DNA of 64,000 nucleotides from Candidatus Poribacteria bacterium (GTDB lineage Bacteria; Poribacteria; WGA-4E; WGA-3G): NCBI GenBank assembly GCA_963663765.2, contig CAXXUA010000005.1, positions 1,088,001 to 1,152,000 of the forward strand, read 5' to 3'. Shown piece by piece: positions 1 to 9,608 of this stretch (position 1 is its first letter; each line of letters starts with the position of its first letter). The notes under the pieces were generated by a model. It saw only the letters and a program-made list of their open reading frames with translations, ran no database searches and was not told where the DNA came from. The position numbers and the translations under genes were made by a program.

Positions 1-1524
1 GATGGCACACTCCTCGCTTCTGCTTCATCAGATAACACGGTAAAGTTGTGGGATGTGGCAACGCGCACCAATATCACAACGTTTGAAGGACATACGCGAT
101 CTGTTTATGTATTATCTTTTTCCCCAGATGGGACGCTTATCGCTTCCGGTTCTGCTGATAAGGATGTGAAGTTATGGGATGTCTTCACTTACGAGAATAT
201 AGCAACATTTGAGGGAGATTGGGCAAATGTCAATTCCTTAGCATTTTCACCGGATGGAAAAATACTTGTCTCCGGAAGCAGTGCTGTCAATCTGTGGGAT
301 GTAGCAAACCACACTAATATTGGCATCTTTAGCGAACACACTGGTAGTGTCACATCGGTAGGATTTTCACGCGACGGGACACTAATCGCTTCTGGTTCTA
401 CTGATGATACAGTGAAGTTATGGGATCCTGCAACACATACAGTTATTGCTACGTTTGTAGGACATCACGATTATATTACTAGTGTGGCATTCCCTCCGGA
501 TGGTGCGACCCTCGCGACTGCCTCCATAGATGACAACGTAATGTTGTGGAGTATAGACGAATATAGGACATCTCGCCCATCAAGAATTGTCATAATATCC
601 GGTGATTCTCAGCAAGGTGTGTTTGGTATCCCGTTAGCGAACCCCTTAGTAGTTGAAGTTAGAGATCAATATGGCAACCCGCTCTCCGGTCAGTCAGTTC
701 TCTTTACCGCTTTTGGAAGATTTGCCAAACTAAATGGAAAATCCGCTGCTGAGAAGGTAACAACCGATTCCAACGGGAGAGCAACGATCCATTTAACCCC
801 TGGATTCACTGTTGAAAATTATGTTGACGTGGAGCTTGTCGAGAGAGGTTTAGCCGCATATCGGTTGGCAAAATTTACTGTAGACATCACACCCACAACA
901 AACACTGAATCACTCAATGCGGATGTCAACGGTGATGGTGTCGTCAACATACAGGATTTGGTATTGGTCGCCTCAAACTATGGACAAACAGGTGAAAATG
1001 TTGCGGATATTAACGGAGATGGTGTTGTCCATATTATAGACATGATAATTGTTGCGGCTGCACTCGGAACAGAAGCAGCAGCACCGACACTGAATTCACA
1101 ATCCTTATCAACACTCACAGCTCCAGATGTCGACTCATGGCTGACCCAAGCACGGCAATTAGACCTGACAGATGCAACATCGCAAAGAGGCATTCTCTTC
1201 TTAGAACAGCTTCTTGCAGCGTTGATTCCCAAAGAGACTGCACTTTTGCACAACTTCCCGAATCCGTTTAACCCAGAGACGTGGATTCCATATCACTTGT
1301 CAAAGGATACGGATGTTACCATCACTATCTATGCTGTGAACGGCACATTGGTGCGGAAGTTGACACTTGGGTATCAGGCTGCCGGTATCTATCAGACCCG
1401 TTCACGTGCGGCGTATTGGGATGGCAAAAATGAGTTCGGTGAGAAAGTCGCGAGTGGCTTGTATTTCTATACGCTTACCGCAGGCGATTTTTCTGCGACG
1501 CGTAAGATGTTGATACGGAAATAG
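1..1524 (+). CDS. 5'-partial secreted-type WD40 repeat protein with Big-1/Ig-like domain, dockerin-like domain and C-terminal FlgD/T9SS-like domain
   Basis: Frame is open from base 1. It has GH..V.SV.FSPDG..LASGS.D..VKLWD repeats, then 'SGDSQQG..LANPLVVEVRDQYGNP', 'DVNGDGVVNIQDLV' and 'NFPNPFNPETWIPY..G.YFYTL'. Confidence 0.9.
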   Translation, partial: DGTLLASASSDNTVKLWDVATRTNITTFEGHTRSVYVLSFSPDGTLIASGSADKDVKLWDVFTYENIATFEGDWANVNSLAFSPDGKILVSGSSAVNLWDVANHTNIGIFSEHTGSVTSVGFSRDGTLIASGSTDDTVKLWDPATHTVIATFVGHHDYITSVAFPPDGATLATASIDDNVMLWSIDEYRTSRPSRIVIISGDSQQGVFGIPLANPLVVEVRDQYGNPLSGQSVLFTAFGRFAKLNGKSAAEKVTTDSNGRATIHLTPGFTVENYVDVELVERGLAAYRLAKFTVDITPTTNTESLNADVNGDGVVNIQDLVLVASNYGQTGENVADINGDGVVHIIDMIIVAAALGTEAAAPTLNSQSLSTLTAPDVDSWLTQARQLDLTDATSQRGILFLEQLLAALIPKETALLHNFPNPFNPETWIPYHLSKDTDVTITIYAVNGTLVRKLTLGYQAAGIYQTRSRAAYWDGKNEFGEKVASGLYFYTLTAGDFSATRKMLIRK

Positions 1525-1530
1525 TCCTAT

Positions 1531-1565
1531 TGCCTCTGTGATTTCTTCAGATGGACACAGAGGCA
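1531..1565 (+). terminator. Hairpin after the WD40 gene, probable terminator
   Basis: tgcctctgtg...cacagaggca 10-bp stem immediately after the stop codon; no strong U tract. Confidence 0.45.
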
Positions 1566-1658
1566 TACCCCCTCACACAAAGCAGAAATACTTATGAAAA
1601 AGATGTTAGGTATTTGAAAAGGAAATTCTATTATAGTAGATTCTACAATTAACTTTAC

Positions 1659-1964
1659 ATTATCACAGAGGTGCTTTCGCCATCAACCGAGGCGATTGAC
1701 AGAGACGAAATGTTCACACATTATCAGAAACTTATGTCCTTACAAGAATATAGCCTTGTATCACAAGACAAGTTATGGGTTGGAAAGACTTTTGAAGCAC
1801 CAGAAGATGTCCTAAAGTACAATTCCATTGAATGCGGATTTCCACTGCGGGATATATACCCACGTTTCGTTTTCGGATTCATAAACGGAAATCCACCCGA
1901 TACTATAGCACAATTAAATGAAGATAAAGCATTCAGAGATATCGGATACGTGGGAAAACTATGA
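1659..1964 (+). pseudogene. Uma2/DUF820-family endonuclease remnant
   Basis: 'EVLSPSTEAIDR.E.F..YQKL.SLQEY.LVSQD' matches the C-terminal half of Uma2; the N-terminus is missing. Confidence 0.7.
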
Positions 1965-2081
1965 AGAATAGAAAGAATCTTATGGATGGTTAGAAATCGG
2001 TGTATGAAATTTCAACACTTTGACAAATCAATATTACGATCACATGAGTGGGGGAAAAGACCCCCACTCTGACCAAAATTA

Positions 2082-2699
2082 CTATACCTCTGTATCTTTC
2101 AGGTATGGCTGTAAATGTTTTCTGAGATTACGGTGCGCATGGAATAGATGTGCTTTCACTGTTCCATCAGACCTACCAACAATTGCTGCAATATCCTTAA
2201 GTGACAAACCATCCCAGTGACGTAGGATGAAAATCTGACGTTGTTTCGGCGGCAACTGACGGATAGCCTTCCGAATCTGTCCTCTAAGTTCCTTATTTTC
2301 AGCTGCTTTTGCTGGGGAATCTGACCGTAAATCCGGAAAATTCGCCATCGGCAATTCATCAGACTCACCTGTTTCGTAAACCATTACTTCCGAACGCGAT
2401 TTTTTCCGCAAAAAATCTATACAAAGGTTGACCGTAATTCTGTAAAGCCAACTATAAAACTGGCACTGACTTTTGAAATCTGCGAGTCCTTGATATGCAC
2501 GGATAAAAGCATCTTGTGTAATATCACGAGCATCTTCGTGGTTCGGAACAAAACGTTGTACTAACCTAAATGTACGTTTCTGGTAACGATTAAACAGTGT
2601 ATCAAACACAGTCTTGTCACCTTGTTGAAATTGTTCAATCAACTGGGCATCATCTTTATGACTGATTAGTGGAATACTATCTGGACTTTGGGACTGCAT
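2082..2699 (-). CDS. ECF RNA polymerase sigma-70 factor
   Basis: Region 2 'DARDITQDAFIRAY..FYSWLYRITVNLCIDFLRK' and region 4 'LPPKQRQIFILR..GLSLKDIA..GTVKAHLFHA'. Confidence 0.95.
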   Translation of the reverse strand: MQSQSPDSIPLISHKDDAQLIEQFQQGDKTVFDTLFNRYQKRTFRLVQRFVPNHEDARDITQDAFIRAYQGLADFKSQCQFYSWLYRITVNLCIDFLRKKSRSEVMVYETGESDELPMANFPDLRSDSPAKAAENKELRGQIRKAIRQLPPKQRQIFILRHWDGLSLKDIAAIVGRSDGTVKAHLFHAHRNLRKHLQPYLKDTEV

Positions 2700-2761
2700 G
2701 TTCTCCTCTTTTTTATCATTGGCTGAAAATAATTCTCAGCTTTGCATTGATAGAATTGAAG

Positions 2762-3640
2762 TCACCGATTCTTCTGTTTGTGAACTCTGTGAAACCATTT
2801 TTTATATCTATGACTATCTTTTAGCATCTGTTGAAGGATAGCAAATTCCTCGTCTTCTTCAGAACAAGGGGCATCCTCAAGCAATGCTAACAACTCCTCA
2901 CATACTATCTTGTCTTCATCAACAAGCGATGATAGTAGTTTCTCAAAATGTTCTCCATGACCAAGTAGTGAGAACAACTGGTTTGTGTGACGTATCTCTT
3001 CTGAGGCGGCTTGGTTAAGGTAAGCCGCGAGTTCGTGTTCATTACGTTTTTCCGCAATTCGAGCAAGTATCAGTCGAATCCCGATGAGTTTTAGCTTTGC
3101 TTGGGCAAGTTCATCAATGTCCGTCTCAAACTTCTCACGGAGACGGTCAGCATCACGCGGATGTAATTGCGCATAACTCGGCCACACCGGTTTAGCCATC
3201 ACCTGTTTCAGTCTTGTTAAACTTTCAATCAAATTATTACGTTCTTCGGGAGACATTTGGCCAAATGTATGTTCCCAAAATTCCGCTGCATGTTGCACAC
3301 GTTCACGAAATAAATGTTCCGATTGCGGGGTCAGTTGAATACGAGCACGTCTCCGATCCTCTTCACATTTACGACGAATTACCCAACCATGACGTTCAAG
3401 CCTACTAACCAAACCAGAAACCGTATTGTGCGCAAGACCTAAATGCTCACCTAACTCACTGGCATACATTCCGTTTTCACGACCATACCAATGAAGATGC
3501 TGCAAAGCGTTATACTGGACAATCGTCAGACGATTGGGTACTACTTCTTGTATAAACCTTGATTTGACTGCCGCCTGCGCATGACGCATCACACGCATAA
3601 CAACGTCTATCTCTTTATTGAACTCTCGCTCATCAGACAT
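2762..3640 (-). CDS. MarR-family regulator fused to a C-terminal ferritin/rubrerythrin-like domain
   Basis: N-terminal wHTH 'SELGEHLGLAHNTVSGLVSRLERHGWV.R....DRR'; C-terminal 'ARIAEKRNEHELAAYLNQAASEEIRH' (ExxH). Confidence 0.8.
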   Translation of the reverse strand: MSDEREFNKEIDVVMRVMRHAQAAVKSRFIQEVVPNRLTIVQYNALQHLHWYGRENGMYASELGEHLGLAHNTVSGLVSRLERHGWVIRRKCEEDRRRARIQLTPQSEHLFRERVQHAAEFWEHTFGQMSPEERNNLIESLTRLKQVMAKPVWPSYAQLHPRDADRLREKFETDIDELAQAKLKLIGIRLILARIAEKRNEHELAAYLNQAASEEIRHTNQLFSLLGHGEHFEKLLSSLVDEDKIVCEELLALLEDAPCSEEDEEFAILQQMLKDSHRYKKWFHRVHKQKNR

Positions 3641-3673
3641 TTTCTAATTACGTCCTATATATGAAGTAAATTC

Positions 3674-3719
3674 TGTCGTATACGACATAAATTATATAAT
3701 TAATCTCAGTGGTTGTCAA
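3674..3719 (-). promoter_or_regulatory. Consensus sigma70 promoter of the marR-ECF pair with a 14-bp palindromic operator
   Basis: Minus-strand TTGACA (3719-3714), 17-bp spacer, TATAAT (3696-3691); perfect palindrome TGTCGTATACGACA at 3674-3687 over the expected start site. Confidence 0.8.
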
Positions 3720-4112
3720 ATTAAAATGTAGAATTACTGTAACCATAGACTTAAAGTTTTTGCTATTTTATCTTTGAAATTAATGAATATCTGTGATATA
3801 ATTAAATTATTATTGTAAATCCTACACTTCGCACTTGCTTTTAATAAGTTTTTATAATATTTGTGTAAACCCACACCACACAAATATTTGTACACAATTA
3901 TGGAGATTTTGAGTCCAATATTTTGAGACAAGTTCAAACTTATAATACTTCATTTAAGATTGAAATTGTTTGCCAAATATAGGCCACACAAGAATTTATC
4001 AAATTAATATAGAAAAACGCGATTCAGAAGTGCGGGGTGAAGGGTAAATTGTATATGAAACATAAAACCTTGTATATAAAACGCTAAATACAAAAACATG
4101 TTAGGGCAATTT

Positions 4113-4787
4113 ATGAAATTAGAATACCACCTTAGTCCATTAGTTATTATAGGTGGATGGAATTCAAGTATATTTACACCATTATGGATCGGAAGGCATT
4201 TTGAAAATACGGAATTCTTGGACCCAATAAGCAGTGAAAAGCCAGATGAATACCTTATAAATATTGGTGTAAATTTAAGAAATTCCTTTTCTATAAAAAA
4301 TTCACCGATGACAGTCAAACTCAAAGGTGTTGATGTTCAGCTGCAAGAAACTAGTTTATCTTTTACTTTATCGGAAGAGAGTTACGACTTTATTCAATTG
4401 GAAAAACTATCCTCACAAATATGTAAATACCTTATAGAAACACCAGTAAGTAGTTACAGTATAAATTTTGGATTCGCTCACAAGAATATAAATGAAGAAA
4501 TTCTATTATCTATAAAAGGTGACAATACCATCATTAACAAGTCCATAGGAAGTTCATTAGATTGTGAGACATATACCTTTTTATACGATATCGATGGTAT
4601 AAGAACTAATATAGGAAATAAGATAGATTATATTAATAACATAATTACAGTTAGTTTTAATTTCCATTTCAATATCCAAGACTTGTCTGAGTTCATTTCA
4701 GGTATATCTGAAAACCCAATAAATAAAATGAAAGAAAAAGCTGTTAACATACTATCTGAACATTACAATTTACAGTTAGAGGTGTAA
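4113..4787 (+). CDS. Hypothetical protein, TIGR04255-like (putative chaperone-like component)
   Basis: 'LVIIGGWNSSIFTPLWI...SINFGF...FNFHF' pattern; AT-rich; first gene of a tight three-gene operon (alternative start 4098). Confidence 0.55.
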   Translation: MKLEYHLSPLVIIGGWNSSIFTPLWIGRHFENTEFLDPISSEKPDEYLINIGVNLRNSFSIKNSPMTVKLKGVDVQLQETSLSFTLSEESYDFIQLEKLSSQICKYLIETPVSSYSINFGFAHKNINEEILLSIKGDNTIINKSIGSSLDCETYTFLYDIDGIRTNIGNKIDYINNIITVSFNFHFNIQDLSEFISGISENPINKMKEKAVNILSEHYNLQLEV

Positions 4788-4788
4788 T

Positions 4789-5493
4789 ATGAACGCGCGT
4801 TTTGCAATACACCCAGATAATACTAATAGTCTTATTAGTATTATAGATGAAGACAAACCTAATATGCCGCCAGAAATCGAAGGGCTTGCAGTTGAAACTG
4901 GTATGCCGAAATTTAAGCTTGCGAATCATTTGCGTTACAATGCAAGGATTACTGGTCTCAATCGGAAAATAAAAGCCCTACCCCGTAAAAAAACATATAC
5001 ACAAATATCTACAAGTCCTAATGATAATGAAATAACTACTGCTGCTGATAATTTTTCAGAAACTATGATATCACAAGCAGATAAAGTGAAAAGCAATATA
5101 GAAAAAGATATTAAAAGTATATTAGAAGTAGATTTTGATTGGGAAGATTCAGGTCTTGAAAAACCATCGCACCAATCTTTATATTTCGCATGTGATATTA
5201 TAGAATCTCTGATAGATGAAGTATTCTCTGATGAAGAATTAGCAACTCAATGGATAAGTCCATTGCATATATATAGCAATGAAGCAGCTTATATATGCCT
5301 AACATGGAAATGTGAATCCAGAACACTTATTTTCCAGATAAGACATGATGTTATGAAGTATAGACAAGCTGAAATTAATACGAATGTATCGCCTAAAAAT
5401 ATTATTAATAAAACAGGTGATCTTAATACAGAAAACAGTTTAGCGATATGGAAATGGATAATTAATGGAGCGCAAACAAAGTCCAAAAAATGA
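4789..5493 (+). CDS. Hypothetical protein (putative antitoxin-like component)
   Basis: Starts 1 nt after the upstream stop; low-complexity N-half and a C-terminal 'DWEDSGLEKPS...ICLTW' domain. Confidence 0.5.
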   Translation: MNARFAIHPDNTNSLISIIDEDKPNMPPEIEGLAVETGMPKFKLANHLRYNARITGLNRKIKALPRKKTYTQISTSPNDNEITTAADNFSETMISQADKVKSNIEKDIKSILEVDFDWEDSGLEKPSHQSLYFACDIIESLIDEVFSDEELATQWISPLHIYSNEAAYICLTWKCESRTLIFQIRHDVMKYRQAEINTNVSPKNIINKTGDLNTENSLAIWKWIINGAQTKSKK

Positions 5494-5938
5494 TGATATA
5501 CTTTATAGAAGGGTTAAGAAACATATAGAACCTGCAGATAAACTTAAAGAAATGAGGCATAAAAACCTACTTAGATATTTCAAAGATGAATTAGGTAATT
5601 ATCAAGTTGGTCCTATGGCATTTTATGACAAAGAAAATAGAATTTCAGTAAGTACTGCCCGAGATATTGATATAGTTTCTAAAATACAAATAGAACCCGA
5701 AAATGGAGTTGTAAAACTTATTGCAGAAGATGTATATGAAATAGATGTATCTCAGCATGAAGTATATATAGAAAATATCCCTGATGAAGAGAATGATAAT
5801 GATGAGCATTGTGAAATAAGTATAATACCAGATAATAACAACATAGAAGATGATATACTTAAAGAAATACGAAGTGATTTTAGGGATTCACTTGCAATAA
5901 TAGCTAATGCAACTGGTTGGGAAATAGAACCTTCCTAA
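5465..5938 (+). CDS. Hypothetical protein, putative ADP-ribosyltransferase-fold toxin
   Basis: 'ILYRRV...AF...ISVS...HCEI' (R-S-H) motif order; overlaps the upstream gene by 29 nt. Confidence 0.5.
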   Translation: MERKQSPKNDDILYRRVKKHIEPADKLKEMRHKNLLRYFKDELGNYQVGPMAFYDKENRISVSTARDIDIVSKIQIEPENGVVKLIAEDVYEIDVSQHEVYIENIPDEENDNDEHCEISIIPDNNNIEDDILKEIRSDFRDSLAIIANATGWEIEPS

Positions 5939-6031
5939 AATAACGAGTTGTGCTAAATAACTATATGTTAATCCTTGTTTCACATAAGCATGACGTTTTG
6001 CAGGTGTCCTTCATAGTTTGAAACGATCTTC

Positions 6032-6260
6032 AGTCCCGTAGGGACGATATGTTTATAGAAAAACGGCATAGTACATCCTCTTTAGTCCCGTAGGGACGAT
6101 ATGTTTATAGAAAAACGGCATAGTACATCCTCTTTAGTCCCGTAGGGACGATATGTTTATAGAAAAACGGCATAGTACATCCTCTTTAGTCCCGTAGGGA
6201 CGATATGTTTATAGAAAAACGTCATAGTACATCCTCTTTAGTCCCGTAGGGACGATATGT
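6032..6260 (+). repeat. Tandem array of 52-bp REP-like units (4 full + 1 partial)
   Basis: agtcccgtagggacgatatgtttatagaaaaacggcatagtacatcctcttt starts at 6032, 6084, 6136, 6188, 6240. Confidence 0.95.
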
Positions 6261-6474
6261 GCGCATTATAAACCTAATATATGTAAAAACTTTGAAAACA
6301 ATCTGAATTCTATGTATAAAGCAAATTAAAGAGTGTGTAATTTTTAATGGAAGGCAATATGCGGGATTTTAAGCAAATGGGGAGGAATATATACTATCTT
6401 TTCAGTAGTGATTTAGGTTATTTGATGCAGATCCTGTCTCAATATTGAACACTTTGGAGTTTCGCTAATAACTT

Positions 6475-6564
6475 ATACCCAATTAACGTGAGTCGTCTTG
6501 CTAAGTGTGCGGTTAGGAAACCGCACCTACCGTTGAAAAAAGATAAATTACGTTAATTTGGTAT
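6475..6564. mobile_element. ~90-bp MITE with GTAG-REP core (copy 1 of 3)
   Basis: TIRs atacccaattaacgt / acgttaatttggtat; near-identical copies at 9002-9091 and 37540-37629. Confidence 0.85.
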
Positions 6565-6571
6565 TATTTGC

Positions 6572-8389
6572 TCAGTTCTCATCAATAGACCATGTGCAGT
6601 TGATATTACTGTCTGTGTAAAACTGCTTGAGTGCTGGTTTGTCAAACCATAACTGCATTTCTTTGCTTATTATATGACCGACACTGCTAACCTTTAGGTA
6701 AAGACCACCTGCAGTCCATCCGGGAATGATGTTGTACTTTCCGGTTTGTGCAGCGTATATACTAAGCAGAGCAAGTGGTTCCATCGCATCCAGATTTGCA
6801 GTTTTATGTGTATCCTGCAGAAGTTCAGCAACGGTTTTCCCTTCATGTCCCTCCTGTAGTTCCGGCATATCCATGACCTTGCTGTGGAAAATAAAGTCAT
6901 CTTCAAGGGTGAAAAGACCACTACCCTTATGTTGTCTTTCTTGAATTAGGTTGTCACCTATTTTCTCTGCCATTTCCAGATATTCTGCTTTCGGTTCTAC
7001 CCGGTACAGATCTACAAGTGCAAATATATAGGCTGGTTCCAATGCAGTTGTGTCAGAATTCAACTGTGGTTCACAATTTTTATCATTACCGATGTCTCCA
7101 ATTCCAAAGGCTTTAAACATGGTACGTAGATATTTTCTGAATTCACTTCTACCTCCTGAAATGCGATACCCTCTTGCACATACAGAGGTAAATAGCGGAG
7201 TGATCTTCTGCGGTAGAAATGCACCACCTTCTTTTGCACCAAAGTAAAGTTTTTGGTCTCTGAAAGGACCTTTTATCCGAAAATCTGTGAGATCTGTCCC
7301 ATCAATAGCGATACTTTTCAATGTATTGGTTTTTTTGTCGTAGGATGCATTTAGGAAACCGATGATGTGTTGTTCAACTGCATCTTTGATATGAGCCATT
7401 TCACCGATACGTCCATATTTATGTGCGTTTTCAACGATTGTAAGCATCCCCATCATTTGGGTGATGGTGTGGTTCAACTGATTTCCTACATATACTCTGG
7501 GTTCGGTTGCCTGTGGATATTTTCTACCGAATACATTTAGTCCTCGTTTGGAACTTTGTGGATGTACCAGATTGGGCAAAATACCGGTTACTTGGTCTCG
7601 CTGTGCTATAATCAGATTTAAAAGACGTTCTGCCCAAATCCGTGGTGCTTCCTCATGCTTTTGGTAGCCTAAACTATAGGCTGCATAAGCGAGATCCAGT
7701 GCTACACTGATAAAAGATAGATCTCCAGTGATTGTTGGTTCTTTGTATCCATACCATGGTCTGTTCCATGTATTGTCATGATCAACCTGCTTCTTAAAAT
7801 CACCGTGTCGGTTGTAGTGTAAGGCATCCCAATCCTTCATATTTACTTCCCAAATGCCTTTCATCAACATCTCACACTTATCAGGATCTACGGTTCTAAG
7901 CAATTCCCAGTATGGATACACGTCCTCAATTTCATGGACGACTCCCTTCATACCGTATCTATTACCTGTTACTAAGTCCACATAACCGTGTCCTCCCCAA
8001 TGCAGGACTCCACTTTGAGAATACCAGTAGTTATTGAACATGTATTCTGTTGCCTCACCTGCCGCATGGATGTATTCACTATCACCAGTGAACTCACTTA
8101 ATGAAGCAAGTAACCGTAAAAGATTCTGCTGATTTTGAAAAAAACACCAGACCGTTGGTTTCGGTTCGGTCCCTGAACGGTGTGATGTCATTGATCTTGG
8201 TGCTTTCAAATGGTCTATATGTAGGCAGTCGGCAAATAGAGGCATATCTTTGCCACTGTATCGATCTCTCCCGTATTGTATTGCTGTATCAGCAAAAAGA
8301 CTGGCTGCTTTTAGAAAGCGGTTACCATCTATTTCGTTGGGACTCAACTGTTCTCTACGGATCCACCGATCCAATCTACTAACGCTCAT
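6572..8389 (-). CDS. Pectate lyase family 2 (PL2)-like protein
   Basis: 'YGRDRYSGKDMPLFAD', 'QQNLLRLL', 'LHWGGH', 'YPYWELL', 'NRHG' motifs; ATG at 8389 preferred over TTG at 8416. Confidence 0.75.
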   Translation of the reverse strand: MSVSRLDRWIRREQLSPNEIDGNRFLKAASLFADTAIQYGRDRYSGKDMPLFADCLHIDHLKAPRSMTSHRSGTEPKPTVWCFFQNQQNLLRLLASLSEFTGDSEYIHAAGEATEYMFNNYWYSQSGVLHWGGHGYVDLVTGNRYGMKGVVHEIEDVYPYWELLRTVDPDKCEMLMKGIWEVNMKDWDALHYNRHGDFKKQVDHDNTWNRPWYGYKEPTITGDLSFISVALDLAYAAYSLGYQKHEEAPRIWAERLLNLIIAQRDQVTGILPNLVHPQSSKRGLNVFGRKYPQATEPRVYVGNQLNHTITQMMGMLTIVENAHKYGRIGEMAHIKDAVEQHIIGFLNASYDKKTNTLKSIAIDGTDLTDFRIKGPFRDQKLYFGAKEGGAFLPQKITPLFTSVCARGYRISGGRSEFRKYLRTMFKAFGIGDIGNDKNCEPQLNSDTTALEPAYIFALVDLYRVEPKAEYLEMAEKIGDNLIQERQHKGSGLFTLEDDFIFHSKVMDMPELQEGHEGKTVAELLQDTHKTANLDAMEPLALLSIYAAQTGKYNIIPGWTAGGLYLKVSSVGHIISKEMQLWFDKPALKQFYTDSNINCTWSIDEN

Positions 8390-8453
8390 ATTTACTCCAT
8401 TTTTATGCTGTGGCAACTTGAGGACATAAAGTTAAACTATGTTAACACTACTA

Positions 8454-8808
8454 TTACGACTTGTGTTAGTTAACTATTTGTTTGTATTCTTTTCACACAT
8501 ATTGACTTTATGTTATCAACATATCGTCCCTACGGGACTAAAGATAGGGTATTCGACGTTTTTCTATAAACATATCGTCCCTACGGGACTAAATGGTTCT
8601 TTCGGCAATTAATTTTAGCATAAAATAAAAGTCTATTGCTGAAGAATCCAGTAGTCATCCGTTTAAGTAGGAGATCATCAATGGAAACATATTATAAATA
8701 CATAGCAAGAAAACCACTAAAGAAGGAATCAACTCATGATAATACTAACAAAACAGAGTTCTATTGTGAAATATTGTTATACAAACAGTTATTTAACACA
8801 ACTCGTTA
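8454..8808. mobile_element. MITE-like element containing a REP pair
   Basis: Imperfect TIRs ttacgacttgtgttagttaact / agttatttaacacaactcgtta flanked by CTA on both sides; two internal gtccctacgggactaaa hairpins. Confidence 0.6.
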
Positions 8809-9001
8809 CTATTTGATTTTTACAATCTATATTAACGCAAGATGCTACCTAAACATAACGTGAATTCGGTTTAGCAGACATGTAGGATTTCAACTTTATT
8901 TGTCGAATTTACAATGTCATACTTTTGAGTTGTTTGAGTCAATCGGAAATTCAGGAATTATGACATGTACCAGAAGTGGGTTTATAAGCTATTTATGACT
9001 A

Positions 9002-9091
9002 ATACCCAATTAACGTGAGTCGTCTTGCTAAGTGTGCGGTTAGGAAACCGCACCTACCGTTGGAAAAAGATAAATTACGTTAATTTGGTAT
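9002..9091. mobile_element. ~90-bp MITE (copy 2)
   Basis: Near-identical to 6475-6564. Confidence 0.85.
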
Positions 9092-9276
9092 AATATAGCT
9101 AGGATTGACTCAAAAACTTTACAAGATTTCTCAGGAACTATAACAACGGTAACAATTTTCACATACCGCTCCGATAGAGCGGAAGAATGACGCTATATGT
9201 GTGCTATAAACATATAGCTCCGATGGAGCGGAAAATTAAACATCTCATATTAAGCAATACCTTCGCCAATAATAGA

Positions 9277-9466
9277 CATTCTTCCAGATTGTGCGGGCAG
9301 TTGTAGCACATTCTGCCAGATTGTGCGGGCAGTTGTAGCACATTCTGCCAGATTGTGCGGGCAGTTGTAGCACCAGTTGTAGCACATTCTGACAGATTGT
9401 GCGGGCAGTTGTAGCACATTCTGCCAGATTGTGCGGGCAGTTGTAGCACATTCTGACAGATTGTGC
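9277..9466 (+). repeat. 32-bp tandem repeat (~5.5 copies) of a GTAG-hairpin REP
   Basis: cattctgccagattgtgcgggcagttgtagca units with one 12-bp partial duplication at 9373-9384. Confidence 0.95.
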
Positions 9467-9608
9467 CTATAAATTATTCTGTCAGATTGCTGATATAGTC
9501 ATTTCTATTGTCAAATTAGAGGATGTGATAACAGGGTTATTCAGTTTTCAATATGATTGATAATATTTTGCTATGTCGTTAATTTTATGTGTTGCCATCT
9601 TGTCCATG

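Noticed and set aside
6032-6260. CRISPR array
   Set aside because: The 'spacers' are identical apart from one substitution, there are no cas genes, and the same hairpin is dispersed as a REP.
9204-9451. CxxC-rich repeat peptides on the minus strand
   Set aside because: Translation artefacts of the 32-bp repeat, whose length is not a multiple of 3; no RBS.
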